Both the position numbers and the translations under genes were made by a program. 64,000 bases of DNA from Polyangiales bacterium (GTDB lineage Bacteria > Myxococcota_A > Polyangia > Polyangiales > JADJQN01): NCBI GenBank assembly GCA_964202905.1, contig CAXNJO010000015.1:1-64000 (forward strand), in the 5' to 3' direction. The notes below the pieces were generated by a model. It worked only from the letters and a program-made list of their open reading frames with translations, had not been told where the DNA came from and ran no database searches. Positions within the stretch are counted from its first letter, which is position 1. Every line of letters begins with the position of its first letter. Shown one piece after another: positions 21,201 through 31,885 of this stretch.

Positions 21201-24200
21201 GCCTGAAGAGCGCCTGGCAGCTCCCGGAAGACGCGCCCGCCGCATGGTCGACGTGGCGCATCCGCGCGACGGTGGCCGAGGTGCGCGCCGCGCTCGTCGA
21301 CGAGGCACGCGTCCGCCTCGTGATCATCAACGCCCCCACCGACGTGGTGATCGCCGGCGATCCGGAGGGATGCGCGCGTGTCGGCGCCCACTTCGGCCGC
21401 AAGGCTTCCCGCACGCCCGGCTACGACTTCATCATGCATTGCACCGAAGCGCGCGAATACGAGTCGCGCTGGCGTGCGCTGCACACGCGCCCGACCGCCG
21501 ACGTGCCCGGCGTGCGCTTCTACACGCACGCGACGCTCAGCAGCTACGCGCCGACGCGCGAGGCCTGCGCGGACGCGCTCACCGGGCAGGCGATGAACAC
21601 CGTCGACTTCCCGGCGCTCGTCGAGCGCGCCTACGCGGACGGCGTACGCGTCTTCGTCGAGCACGGCCCGCACGCCGGCTGCACCAAGTGGATCGGCGAG
21701 GTCCTCGGCGACCGCCCGCACCTCGCGGTCGCGCTCGATCGCTACGGCCAGTCGTCGCTGCTGCTCGCCCTAGAGGCCGCCGCGCGCCTCTTCGCGGCCG
21801 GCGTCGACGTCGACACCGACGCGCTCGTCGCGCGTCTCGCGCCCGCCCCGGCGCCCGCGCTGGCCGCTTCGCCGGGCCGCCGTGCCCTGCCCCTCACGCT
21901 CCCCGCGCACCCCGACGCCATCCCCCCGCGCCCGCCCGCGCAGGAGACCAACGCACCGATGAACGACGATTCAGCCGAGTGGCTCCCGCCCGCCCCGCGC
22001 CTCGCCCCCACCCTCCACGCCGCGCCGCTCCCTGCGCGCCCCGCTGCCGCGAATCCCGTCCTCGCGGCAGCCCCGAGCCACGCGCCCCACACCGTGACCA
22101 GCGCATCGGTGAATGCGATTCTCCAGAATCCCATTCTCGAGAATCCGATTCTTCCGAACCCCATTCTCCAGACACCGCCTCTCGCGGCGCCCACGCCGGC
22201 ACCGCCCGCGACGACGCCCGTCGCGTACCCGGCGCAGGCCGCACCGTCGCTCACGGCGCTCCTCGCCGCGCAGCAGGTCCGCCTCGCCGAGCTGCACCAG
22301 GCCTTCCTGCGCCAGCAGGTCGCGGTGCAGTCCCACTTCACGTCCGTGACGCTCGCGCCGCTCGCCGCGTGGGTGCGCGCCGGCGGGTCCCTGCCCGCCG
22401 CGCCGGTGGCTGCAACACCCACGCTCGCGAATCCCACATTCGCGAATCCCACGTTCGCGAATCCCGCGTTCGCGAATCCCACATTCGCGAATCCCGCGCT
22501 CCCGGCGCCGACTCTCGCGGCGCCAACGCCCGTCGCGGCGCGTCCGGCTCCCAGCGTCCCCGCACCGGCCTCGTGGCCCCCCGCAGCGGCGAAACCCGCC
22601 GCGGCCGCGAGGCCCGCGACGCCCTCCCCCGCAGTCACGCCGCCCACCACGCCCAACGCTGCAGCGCCCAAGGCCGCGCCCGCGAAGGGTACCGCGCGCG
22701 ACACCTTCACCACGCGCGTCACGCCGGCCCGCACGCCGAACGGCCCCGCGTTCACGCGCGCGCAGCTCGAGGTGCTCTCGTCGGGCGAGATCTCCTCGGT
22801 GTTCGGCCCTCTCTTCGCGCAGCAGGACGGTTACACCCGTCAGGTGCGCATGCCCGAGCCGCCGCTGCTCCTCGCCGACCGCGTCCTCGGCATCGAGGGC
22901 GAGCCCGGCACGATGGGCACGGGCACGATCTGGACGGAGACCGACGTCACGCCGGGCGCCTGGTATCTGCACGAGGGCCGCATGCCCGCGGGCGTGATGG
23001 TCGAGTCCGGTCAGGCCGATCTACTGCTGATCTCGTGGCTCGGCGCCGACTTCCTCAACCAGAGTGAGCGCGTGTATCGCCTGCTGGGCTGCGAGCTCCG
23101 CAGCCACGGGCCGCTCCCCCAGGTCGGCGAGACGCTGCATTACGAGATCTGCGTCGACGGCCACGCCGAGCTCGACGGCATCCGCATGTTCTTCTTCCAC
23201 TACGACTGCTGGGTGAACGGCACGCTGCGGATGAGCGTGCGCGGCGGCCAGGCAGGCTTCTTCACCGACGGCGAGCTCGCGAACTCGGCGGGCGTGCTGT
23301 GGTCCGCCGAGACGGCCGAGCCCTGCGCGAATCCGCGCCTCGATCCGCCGGTCACGCTCTCGCCCAAGCGCGCGTTCTCCGCGGCGGAGCTCGACTCGTT
23401 CGTCGCCGGCCGCATCGGCGCGTGTTTCGGCCCCGGCTTCGAGCGCGCCGACACGCACACCCGCACGCCCGTGATCGCAGGCGGCAAGATGCGCCTGCTC
23501 GACGAGGTCACGCACTTCGACCCCGCGGGCGGCCCGTGGAAGCGCGGCTATCTGCGCGCGCGCCTCGGCCTCACGCCGGAGAGCTGGTTCTTCGCGGGGC
23601 ACTTCAAGAACGACCCGTGCATGCCCGGCACGCTCATGCTCGAGGGCGGTCTCCAGGCGATGCAGATCGTGTTGACCGCGCTCGGCCACACGCTCGGCCA
23701 CGACGGCTCGCGCTTCGAGCCGGCGCCCGACCACACGTACAGCCTGCGCTGCCGAGGCCAGGCGACCCCCTCTTCCAAGGAGGTCGTCTACGAGATCTTC
23801 GTCGAGGAGATCCACGGCGGCGCGGTGCCGACGATCTACGCCGACATCCTCGGCAGCGTCGATGGTCGCAAGGCCTTTCACTGCAAGCGCATGGCGCTGC
23901 GCCTCGTCCCCGCGTGGCCGCTCGACACGGGCCGCCTCGTCGTCGACGTCCCGGCGGATGAGCGCCCCGTCGCGGTCGTGGATGGTTTCCGCTTCGACTA
24001 CGCCTCGCTGCTCGCCTGCGCCTGGGGCGCGCCATCCACCGCGTTCGGGCCGATGTACGCGCGCTTCGACAGCCCGCGCCGCGTCGCGCGCCTGCCCGGG
24101 CCGCCCTATCACTTCATGTCGCGTGTCTCCCACGTCGAAGGGCCGATTGGCGGCATGCAGGTGGGGAGTGTGGCCGTCATCGACTACGACGTCCCGCGCG

Positions 24201-25100
24201 GAGAGTGGTATGTCGAGGAGAACAACGCGCGCGCGATGCCCTTCGCGGTGATGCTCGAGACCGCGCTGCAGCCGTGCGGCTGGCTCGCTTCCTACGTCGG
24301 CGGCGCGCTCGGTTCCGAAGAGAACCTCTATTTCCGCAACCTCGACGGCACCGGCACGCAGCACCGCGAGATCCCCGAGGACATCGGGACGGTCACGACG
24401 ACCACGCGACTCACCAACATCTCCACCGCCGACAGCACCGTCATCATGAGCTTCGACGTCGTGATGCGCGCCGGCGACGAAGACCTCTACACGCTCAAGA
24501 CGGTCTTCGGCTTCTTCCCCGGCGACACGATGGCCAATCAGGCGGGATTGCCGATGACGGCCGAATCCCGCGCGTCCGTCGCCGCGGAGAATGCCTTCGT
24601 CGTCGATCTCACCACGGACCCGGCGCCCTATTGCGAAGGTACCCTGTGCCTCGCGCGCGAGCGGCTGCCGCGTGCTCGATCGGCTCACCGGCTACTGGCC
24701 TGAAGGCGGTCGCGCAGGGCTCGGCCGCATGCGCGCCGAGAAGGCCATCGTCGCGGACCAATGGTTCTTCAAGGCGCATTTCTACCAAGATCCGGTGCAG
24801 CCCGGCTCCCTCGGCCTCGAGGCGTTGTTGCAGGCGCTCCAGGCGCTCGCCATCGCGCAAGGGCTCGGGGAGGGCCTCACGAATCCGCGCTTCGAGACGC
24901 AGGCCGCCGGCGTCACGATGCGCTGGAAATACCGCGGCCAGGTCATCCCGGAGAATCGCCTCGTCGTCGCCGACGTCGAGCTGACGGAGGTCACGCGCGA
25001 CACGCGCGGCGTGCTCGTCGTCGGCGAGGGCTCGCTCTGGGTCGACGGCAAGCGCATCTACGAGGCCAAGGGCCTCGGCGTGCGCCTCGTCGGGGGCTGA
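18212..25100 (+). CDS. pfaC: PUFA synthase PfaBC / pfa3: KS-CLF-AT plus FabA-type pseudo-DH/DH pairs; frameshift near 24670
   Basis: KS DAACASS, HATGT; CLF SAEEASG; AT GYCSGE; DH HFKNDPCMPGTLMLEG; last DH HFYQDPVQPGSLGLEA lies in ORF 24591..25100. Confidence 0.92.
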
Positions 25101-25117
25101 GGCACGGGGCGTCGGGC

Positions 25118-25816
25118 GTGCGGCCGCTGCGCCTCGACCCGACGCTCTTCCCGCCGTCCGTCACGGTGCACGCGCTCGCGCTCGATCCGCCCGCGGAATC
25201 GCAGCTCGCCGCCTTCGCGGACATCTCCCTCCCCCCGGAGCTCGCCACGGCGGTGATCAAGCGGCGCGTGGAGTACCTCGCCGGGCGGCACTGCGCGCGT
25301 GCCGCGCTGCGCGCGCATGCGCCTGCGCTCGCCGAAGCCCCGATCGCGCGCGGCCCCGATCGCGCCCCCGCATGGCCCGCCGGGGTCGTCGGCAGCATCA
25401 CGCACACGGCGGGCTACGCGGCCGCGGCCGTCGCCCACACACACGCGCTGCGCGGCCTCGGGCTCGACCTCGAGCGCTGGGTGCGGCCGACCGCGCCCGC
25501 GAACCTCGGCGCTCACCTCGCGCGCCCCGGCGAGCTCGCGCAGCTCGTCGCGGAGAGCGGATGGTCCGAGGTCGAGGCGCTCACGCTGCTCTTCTCCGCC
25601 AAAGAGTCTCTGTACAAATGCCTCTATCCCGAGGTGCGGAGATACTTCGGATTCCACGACGCGACGATTGCCACGCTCGACACGGCAGCATGCCAGTTCG
25701 TCGCCCGCCTCGACGAGACGCTCACACCCGCACTTCCCGCGGGCACGACGCTCGTCGGGCGCTTCGTGCGCTTCGAGGACGCCGTCGCGACCGCGCTGGT
25801 GCTCACACGCGATTGA
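25118..25816 (+). CDS. pfaE: 4'-phosphopantetheinyl transferase (EntD/Sfp type; PfaE role)
   Basis: RRVEYLAGRHCA, WPAGVVGSITH, GLDLE, FSAKESLYK; directly follows pfa3. Confidence 0.9.
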   Translation: MRPLRLDPTLFPPSVTVHALALDPPAESQLAAFADISLPPELATAVIKRRVEYLAGRHCARAALRAHAPALAEAPIARGPDRAPAWPAGVVGSITHTAGYAAAAVAHTHALRGLGLDLERWVRPTAPANLGAHLARPGELAQLVAESGWSEVEALTLLFSAKESLYKCLYPEVRRYFGFHDATIATLDTAACQFVARLDETLTPALPAGTTLVGRFVRFEDAVATALVLTRD

Positions 25817-25837
25817 GACGCGGACTCCAGCGCCCCG

Positions 25838-26494
25838 TCACGCGCGGGCGAGCACGATTCGGAAGTCGCCGACCAGCCCACCGCCACCACCCGCACTGAG
25901 GGGGATGATGCGCGCCGGGTCGTCGGAGCCGCAGCCCGTGCAGCTGTCGTTCGGGGGCAGGTAGGGGTCGTCCGCGAAGTAGAGCTGCGTGGTGAGCGTT
26001 CGGTGGCCCGGCGCCGAGACGATGAAGTGGAGGTGTGCGGGCCTCCAGCCGGGGCCGTTGCGGTAGTTGCCGGGTCGGATCGTGTCGATCGCCCACGTCC
26101 CGTCCGCGGCGCTCGCGACCTGTCCGCGCAGGCGGAAGGGCTCACCCGGCTCGGTCGGCTCGTGGTACTGGCCGGACGCGTCGGCCTGCCAGATGTCGAG
26201 CGCCGCACCGACGAGCGGCGTCGAACAGTCGTCGCCCAGCACGATGCCGCCGAGCGCGATCCGCGTGCCGGCCTCACTCGCCGAGGCGATCGCCGCGCGC
26301 GAGGGCGCGCCCTCCCGGTGAAACGGACCGAGTACATCGCGGGTCGTCGGGCGGCAGAGGCCCGCGTCCGAGGCGGCGCCCGCATCGAGGGGCGTGGGCC
26401 CGTCGCCCTCACTGCCGCACCCGCCGAGCACGTACAGCCCGGTGACACCAACGGTTGCGCGGCCCAGCGCGGCGAGGAGCTGACGTCGATTCAT
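25838..26494 (-). CDS. Intradiol ring-cleavage dioxygenase-like protein with Tat/lipoprotein signal
   Basis: MNRRQLL...LGGC; GPFH, DIWQADASGQY, LRG, TIRPGNY, RPAHLHF, LTTQLYF. Confidence 0.88.
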   Translation of the reverse strand: MNRRQLLAALGRATVGVTGLYVLGGCGSEGDGPTPLDAGAASDAGLCRPTTRDVLGPFHREGAPSRAAIASASEAGTRIALGGIVLGDDCSTPLVGAALDIWQADASGQYHEPTEPGEPFRLRGQVASAADGTWAIDTIRPGNYRNGPGWRPAHLHFIVSAPGHRTLTTQLYFADDPYLPPNDSCTGCGSDDPARIIPLSAGGGGGLVGDFRIVLARA

Positions 26495-26671
26495 GGGCGC
26501 GAGGATAAGCCACATCGCGCGCGCGGAACCGCGTGGTCGTCGTTCGTCCCCCGCGGGAGGACGCGGGGGCCGGTGCGCGACCGGCCTTCCACACGAACGG
26601 AGCGCGCTCGACGTCCGCGCGCCGTCGCGGGCGCCGAGACGGGCGCACGCCGCGTCGATGCGGAACCCCAG

Positions 26672-26710
26672 ACGAACGAAAGGCCCCGCAGGACATGTCC
26701 TGCGAGGCCC
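26672..26710 (-). terminator. Rho-independent terminator of RRM paralog 2
   Basis: Minus strand GGCCUCGCAGG-ACAUGU-CCUGCGGGGCC followed by UUUCGUUCGU. Confidence 0.65.
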
Positions 26711-26779
26711 CCCGCTTCACGAACCTTCGACGTTACCGCGATGCGGTGACGTCACGCGCCGGAGCGCGCTGGCGAAGGC

Positions 26780-27186
26780 TCAGTAGCCGCCGCGGCCGCC
26801 GCCGCCGCCGCCGCCGCCGTAACCACCGCCGCCGCCACGGCCGCCGCCGCCGCCCGCCGTAGCCGCCGCCGCCGCCCGCCGTAACCACCGCCGCCGCCGC
26901 CGCGGCCGCCGCCGCCGCCGCCGCCGCCGCGATCCTCGCGCGGACGCGCGACGTTGACCTGGATGGTGCGGCCGTCGACGGTCTGGCCGTCGAGCGCTTG
27001 GATGGCCGCCTTCGCCTCGGCATCGCTCGACATCTCGACGAACGCGAAGCCGCGCGACCGGCCGGTGTCACGGTCGGTGACCATCGACGCGCTGCTCACG
27101 TTGCCGTGCGCGGAGAAGAGGTCGCGGAGGTCGTCCTCGGTGGTGCGGAAAGAGATGTTGCCGACGTAGAGCTTGGTGTTCGCCAT
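26780..27186 (-). CDS. RRM RNA-binding protein with Gly-rich tail, paralog 2 (two apparent +1 indels in the GCC tract)
   Basis: RRM nearly identical to 8931..9332; the natural GGY-stop is at 26780, and extra C bases near 26853 and 26875 shift the frame. Confidence 0.92.
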
Positions 27187-27431
27187 GATGCTGATCCTTC
27201 TCGGAACGGACTGAGCTGCCTGTACTGGAACGTCCTAGGGAGCGAACCCGAGAAGTAAGCCGACGACCGGTGAGAGCGCCGAACTGGATCCTGCCGGGAG
27301 CGAACCGAAGAACGAGCACCCAACCTTGAGCGCGACCGCAGTGTTCGTCGTCGCCGCCGATTCCGCAACCCGACGCCGCGAGATGGGCCTGATGGGCTGG
27401 ATTTTCAGCGCTTTTTGGCCATCCTTCGCCC

Positions 27432-27764
27432 GTGGCCGACGAAGACCGCTCCGAAGACGCCCAACGGGCTGCCGCCGAGGCCCGGCTCGCGACGGGCTCA
27501 CAGCGTGCTGCGCGCCTCGATCCGGCCCTCCACGAGCGCGCGGTCGCACAGATGCGCGAGGAGCAGGCCGAGGCCATCCGGCGACGCACGCTGTTCCGCT
27601 GGATCGCCGTGCCGTGCCTGATCGCGAGCCTCGCCGGGAGCCTGCTGCTCGACCGCTCCGAGCACGCCGTCCTCGCGTATGCGAGCGACCTCGTCGCGAG
27701 CGGCGCCGCGTGGGTGCTCTGGCGCTCGAACCGCGAACGGCTTCGCGATCTGCTCGGGCGCTGA
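27432..27764 (+). CDS. Small two-TM hypothetical protein
   Basis: 110-aa ORF (GTG start) with hydrophobic segments FRWIAVPCLIASLAGSLLL and LVASGAAWVLW. Confidence 0.6.
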   Translation: MADEDRSEDAQRAAAEARLATGSQRAARLDPALHERAVAQMREEQAEAIRRRTLFRWIAVPCLIASLAGSLLLDRSEHAVLAYASDLVASGAAWVLWRSNRERLRDLLGR

Positions 27765-27788
27765 CGTCGCCGCGCGCTACACCACGGC

Positions 27789-29336
27789 GTGGCGCTCGGC
27801 ATCGACTTCGGCACGACCCGCACGGTCGTCGCCTCCGCGGATCGCGGCAACTACCCCGTCATCACCTTCGACGCGGGGGGTGACGCGGTCGAGTGGTTCC
27901 CATCCGTCGTCGCCGAGCACGCGGGCGAACTGCGCTTCGGCTTCGAGGCGCTCGCCGTCGCCGGCGACGCGCGCTTCACGCAGGCGCGCTCGTTCAAGCG
28001 ATTGCTCGCGGACGCGCGGCCCGATGGCACCGTGCGCATCGGCACGACGGAGCTCCCGCTCGGCGAGCTCGTCGCGCGCTTCCTCGCGGCGCTCGCGGTC
28101 GCCCTGCGCAACACGTCGAATCTCCCCGACGCATGGCGCGATCGACCACGCCTCGAGGCCGTCGTCGCGACGCCCGCCAACGCCTTCTGCACGCAGCGCT
28201 TCCTCACGCTCGAGGCCTTCCGGCACGCGGGTTTCGACGTGCGCGCGATGCTCAACGAGCCCTCCGCAGCGGGCTTCGAGTTCTCGCACCGGCACGCGCG
28301 CACCCTCAACGGCCGGCGCGAACACGTCCTCGTGTACGACCTCGGCGGCGGCACCTTCGACGCCTCGCTCGTGCGGGTGAGCGGACGCCACCACGAGGTC
28401 GTCGCGACCGCGGGCCTCGGCGACCTCGGCGGCGATGACTTCGATCGCGTGCTCGCCGGCCTCGCGCTCGAGCGGCTCGGTCTCGACGCGGGCGCCCTCC
28501 CCCTCGGTGCGCTGCGCGCGCTCCTCGACGCATGCCGCGACGCGAAGGAGCGCCTGCACGCGAGCTCGCGCCGCGTCGCGCTCGATCTCGAGGCGTGCCT
28601 CGGCGACGCCGCGCCGCAGGCCGAACTCTCACTGCCCGTCGCCGACTACTTCGACGCGTGCGCGCCGCTCGTCGAGCGCACGCTCGAGGCGATGACGCCG
28701 GTGCTGCGCGCCTTCCCCGACGCGGACGCCGCCGCAGACCCGACGGCCGGCGTCGCGGGCGTGTACGTCGTCGGCGGCGCGAGCGCGCTGCCCGTCGTGC
28801 AGCGCCTCCTCAAGACGCGCTTTGGCCGACGCGTGCACCGCTCGCCCTACCCGCACGCAGCCGTCGCGATCGGCCTCGCCATCGCAGGAGATGCCAGCGC
28901 CGGCTACGTGCTCGACGACCGCTTCTCGCGGAACTTCGGCGTGTTCCGCGAGGCCGAGCGCGGCGGACGCGCGAGCTACGACGCGATCTTCACGAGCGAC
29001 CAGCCCCTGCCGCGGCCCGGCCAGCCGCCCGTCGTCGTCGAGCGCACCTACCGCCCCGCGCACGACGTCGGCCATTTCCGCTTCTTCGAGTGCGCCACGC
29101 TCGACGCCGATGGCACGCCGCGCGGCATGCTCGCGCCGCTCACCGAGGTGCGCTTCCCCTTCGATCCCGGCCTGCGCGGCACCGGCCACGACCTCGCGGC
29201 GCATCCGGTGCGGCGCCTCGCCGGCGAGGGCCCCCTCACGCGCGAGCGCTACGCCTTCGACGAACGCGGGCTCGTGCAGGTGACGTTCACGGACCTCGAG
29301 TCCGGCTACGAACAGGCGACGACGATCGGCGCCTGA
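27789..29336 (+). CDS. Atypical Hsp70-family protein (DnaK-like ATPase domain, short divergent C-terminus)
   Basis: GIDFGTT, NEPSAA, YDLGGGTFD, LGGDDFD, VVGGAS; 515 aa. Confidence 0.9.
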   Translation: MALGIDFGTTRTVVASADRGNYPVITFDAGGDAVEWFPSVVAEHAGELRFGFEALAVAGDARFTQARSFKRLLADARPDGTVRIGTTELPLGELVARFLAALAVALRNTSNLPDAWRDRPRLEAVVATPANAFCTQRFLTLEAFRHAGFDVRAMLNEPSAAGFEFSHRHARTLNGRREHVLVYDLGGGTFDASLVRVSGRHHEVVATAGLGDLGGDDFDRVLAGLALERLGLDAGALPLGALRALLDACRDAKERLHASSRRVALDLEACLGDAAPQAELSLPVADYFDACAPLVERTLEAMTPVLRAFPDADAAADPTAGVAGVYVVGGASALPVVQRLLKTRFGRRVHRSPYPHAAVAIGLAIAGDASAGYVLDDRFSRNFGVFREAERGGRASYDAIFTSDQPLPRPGQPPVVVERTYRPAHDVGHFRFFECATLDADGTPRGMLAPLTEVRFPFDPGLRGTGHDLAAHPVRRLAGEGPLTRERYAFDERGLVQVTFTDLESGYEQATTIGA

Positions 29337-29383
29337 GCCGCACGAGCAGACCGCGCGCGGCGCGCGTGATCATGGAGGAGCGC

Positions 29384-29902
29384 ATGCCCTGGGTGATGGT
29401 CGACATCGAGGCGGACGGCCCGATCCCCGGTGACTTCTCGATGGTCTCGCTCGGCGCGGTCATCGTCGAACCGGGCCTCGCGCGCACCTTCTACGGGCAG
29501 CTCCGCCCCATCTCCGAGCGCTGGATTCCCGCCGCGCTCGCGGTGAGCGGCCACACGCGTGACGAGACGCTCACCTTCGACGAGCCCGGCGCGGTGATGC
29601 AGCGCTTTTCCGAATGGCTCGCCCGCGAGTGTCGGCGTCAACCGCAGTTCATCTCCGACAACAACGGTTTCGATTGGATGTTCGTGTGTTGGTATTTCCA
29701 CCACTTCACGGGCAAGAACCCATTGGGTTATTCATCCGCGAATCTCGGCTCGTTCTACAAGGGACTCGTCAAGGACCCACGCCAGACCTTCCGCAAGCTC
29801 CGCCAGACACCGCACACGCATCATCCCGTCGACGACGCGCGCGGCAACGCCGAGGCGATGCTCGCGATGGCCGACCTCGGCATCGCCTTCCGCTGGGATT
29901 GA
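29384..29902 (+). CDS. DEDDh 3'-5' exonuclease (Rv2179c-like exoribonuclease family)
   Basis: VDIEADGP, NGFDW, HHPVDDARGNA; GGAGGAG RBS before ATG 29384. Confidence 0.85.
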   Translation: MPWVMVDIEADGPIPGDFSMVSLGAVIVEPGLARTFYGQLRPISERWIPAALAVSGHTRDETLTFDEPGAVMQRFSEWLARECRRQPQFISDNNGFDWMFVCWYFHHFTGKNPLGYSSANLGSFYKGLVKDPRQTFRKLRQTPHTHHPVDDARGNAEAMLAMADLGIAFRWD

Positions 29903-29910
29903 CGCGCCCA

Positions 29911-29932
29911 GACGGCCAGCCGGCTGGCTGTC
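29911..29932. repeat. 22-bp intergenic palindrome (REP-like), copy 1
   Basis: GACGGCCAGCCGGCTGGCTGTC. Confidence 0.8.
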
Positions 29933-30018
29933 ACGGACCGTGCGTGACGGCGCGCTCCGTCCCCGCAGCGCCACCCGCGGCCCTTCGCGGGCGGCGCGCT
30001 CCGTGATAAGCGTATCGG

Positions 30019-31821
30019 ATGCAAATCCCATCGGCGTCCCGCGGGGGCGCCGTCCTCGCCGCCCTCGTCGCAGCCACCGTCTCCCTCCACGCCTGTTCGG
30101 ATCCGGACGACTCGAGCCCCGATGCCGCCGTGGACGCAGGCCTCGACGCGGCCGTGGACGCAGGCCTCGACGCGGCCGTGGACGCAGGCCTCGACGCGGC
30201 CGTGGACGCAGGGCTCGATGCCGGGCCGGACACGAGCACGCCCGAGGGGCTCGCGACGCTCTGCGCGGCGACTCCGGACGATGCGCGCTGCGCGCCGCCG
30301 GGCGCGCGCTGTGCGGTCTCCGAACCGCTGCGCGCGCTCTCCTGGGTCACGCCGCGAAACTGGCCGAGCCGGCAGCGCGCCCGCCGGGAGTCCCGTCGTC
30401 GCGGCCGAAGAAATCGCGGTGCATCAGGCCGGGAACCTCCAGTGCGATTGGCGGACGAACAACAGCGACCCGGGCTGCGCGTTCGCGAGCGGCCACGGCG
30501 ACCCGCTCCGCGAGCCCCTCGTGCGGAACCTCGACGAGCTCGCCGCGCGACTGCTTGCCCGCCCCGAGGGGCACCGCGCGCTCCTGTGGCGCTCGTTTGG
30601 TCGAACGAGACGATTCCGCATCTCCATCCCTCGGATGCCACGATTCCCGGCGCGTCGGACGAGCCGGCGCAGCCCGGCCTCTGGTGGGATGCGGGGGCCG
30701 CGGAGACGTCCGAGGTCGTGCGCGCCGTGCTGCGTGGTCTCGCCACGCGCGGCGTGACCCTCGATTGGCTCGTGATCGACCTCGAGTGGAACGTCTCCAA
30801 CTGGTCGATCGGGACGTGTGATTCCTCCGCTGCGGCGCAGCGGGCCCGCGAGATTTCGCGTTGGAATGCGATCGCCGAAGACCCGCGCACACCCGCGCTC
30901 CTCGCGGAGTGGTCGAGTCGTTTTGGCGTCGATCTCACCCGCGAATTCCGCGCGGATCTCTGCCCGATGGCCTACGGCACCGAGCGCTACCTCGCGTGGA
31001 ACGCCTTCATGCAGGAGCGCGTCGCCGCATATTACGAACGCGCCTTCGTCGATGTGGCGCGCGCGGTCTTCCCGGCCATCCGCGTGAGCAACTACGACTT
31101 CAGCCACAGCGATCCCGCCTTCGCCGTGCCCGACCTGAACGGGCACGACTCGATGCGTTTCGGCCGCGGCGCCGTCGTCGGGACGCATCAGTCGCCCGCC
31201 TGCTACGGCATTCTCGATCAGGTCTCGACGCGCATCGTCCCGCGCATCTCGGACACCACGATCTACGCGCGCACCCCGTTCAACGCCGTCCGCCTCGCGA
31301 TCAACGAATACCGCGCGCGCGCGCTCGCGCGGCCCGATGTGCCCGTGGCGCCCTGGGTGGCTCCCGCGGACTACGTCGAGGCCGGACGCGCGCCACACGG
31401 CGGCACGCCGCTCTGGGCCGAGATGATGTTGCACCTCGGCGCGAGCGCGCCCGACGTGCTGCTCTACTGGAACAACTCCATCGCTCCGTCCGGCGACATC
31501 GATGCTGCGTTCGAATCCGCGCTCACCGAAGTCAACCGAGTGGTCGGCTGCGCCTCGCGCGCGATCGCCGTGCGCGGGATCGCGCCGTGGGACGCACCGT
31601 GGCTCGTCTCGGGCCTCTCGGTCGATGGCCGCCGCGTCTGGCGCTTCACCTCCGAAGACGAATCCACCGCGCTCGTGCGCGAAGGGCGCGACCTCGTCGC
31701 GCAGCAGGGCCCGCGGCGGATCGTGTTCCCCGACGCCTGGGCGCTCGCGCCAGTGGCTCCCTACACGCGCGGCGTCTGGGTGCTCCAGGCCGAAGGCGCC
31801 GCGGCGCCACGCGAGGAGTGA
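30019..31821 (+). CDS. Hypothetical lipoprotein with (AVDAGLDA)x4 linker; probably two compensating frameshifts at about 30370 and 30600
   Basis: Lipobox LHAC; between about 30370 and 30600 the alternative frame (GSPVVAAEEIAVHQAGNLQCDW...) is more protein-like than the Arg/Pro-rich annotated frame. Confidence 0.7.
   Translation: MQIPSASRGGAVLAALVAATVSLHACSDPDDSSPDAAVDAGLDAAVDAGLDAAVDAGLDAAVDAGLDAGPDTSTPEGLATLCAATPDDARCAPPGARCAVSEPLRALSWVTPRNWPSRQRARRESRRRGRRNRGASGREPPVRLADEQQRPGLRVRERPRRPAPRAPRAEPRRARRATACPPRGAPRAPVALVWSNETIPHLHPSDATIPGASDEPAQPGLWWDAGAAETSEVVRAVLRGLATRGVTLDWLVIDLEWNVSNWSIGTCDSSAAAQRAREISRWNAIAEDPRTPALLAEWSSRFGVDLTREFRADLCPMAYGTERYLAWNAFMQERVAAYYERAFVDVARAVFPAIRVSNYDFSHSDPAFAVPDLNGHDSMRFGRGAVVGTHQSPACYGILDQVSTRIVPRISDTTIYARTPFNAVRLAINEYRARALARPDVPVAPWVAPADYVEAGRAPHGGTPLWAEMMLHLGASAPDVLLYWNNSIAPSGDIDAAFESALTEVNRVVGCASRAIAVRGIAPWDAPWLVSGLSVDGRRVWRFTSEDESTALVREGRDLVAQQGPRRIVFPDAWALAPVAPYTRGVWVLQAEGAAAPREE
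30127..30222 (+). repeat. 24-nt coding tandem repeat x4
   Basis: Unit GCCGTGGACGCAGGCCTCGACGCG at 30127, 30151, 30175 and (degenerate) 30199. Confidence 0.95.
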
Positions 31822-31832
31822 CGCGAGAGAGA

Positions 31833-31854
31833 GACGGACAGCCGGCTGGCCGTC
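31833..31854. repeat. 22-bp intergenic palindrome, copy 2
   Basis: GACGGACAGCCGGCTGGCCGTC. Confidence 0.8.
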
Positions 31855-31885
31855 CGTCGCCCTCCCGCCCTCTCGCTACGCCCGC

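Noticed and set aside
30127..30222. Possible CRISPR array (also the 15-mers at 22420-22500 and the FG-GAP repeats)
   Set aside because: Head-to-tail in-frame coding repeats without unique spacers; no cas genes.
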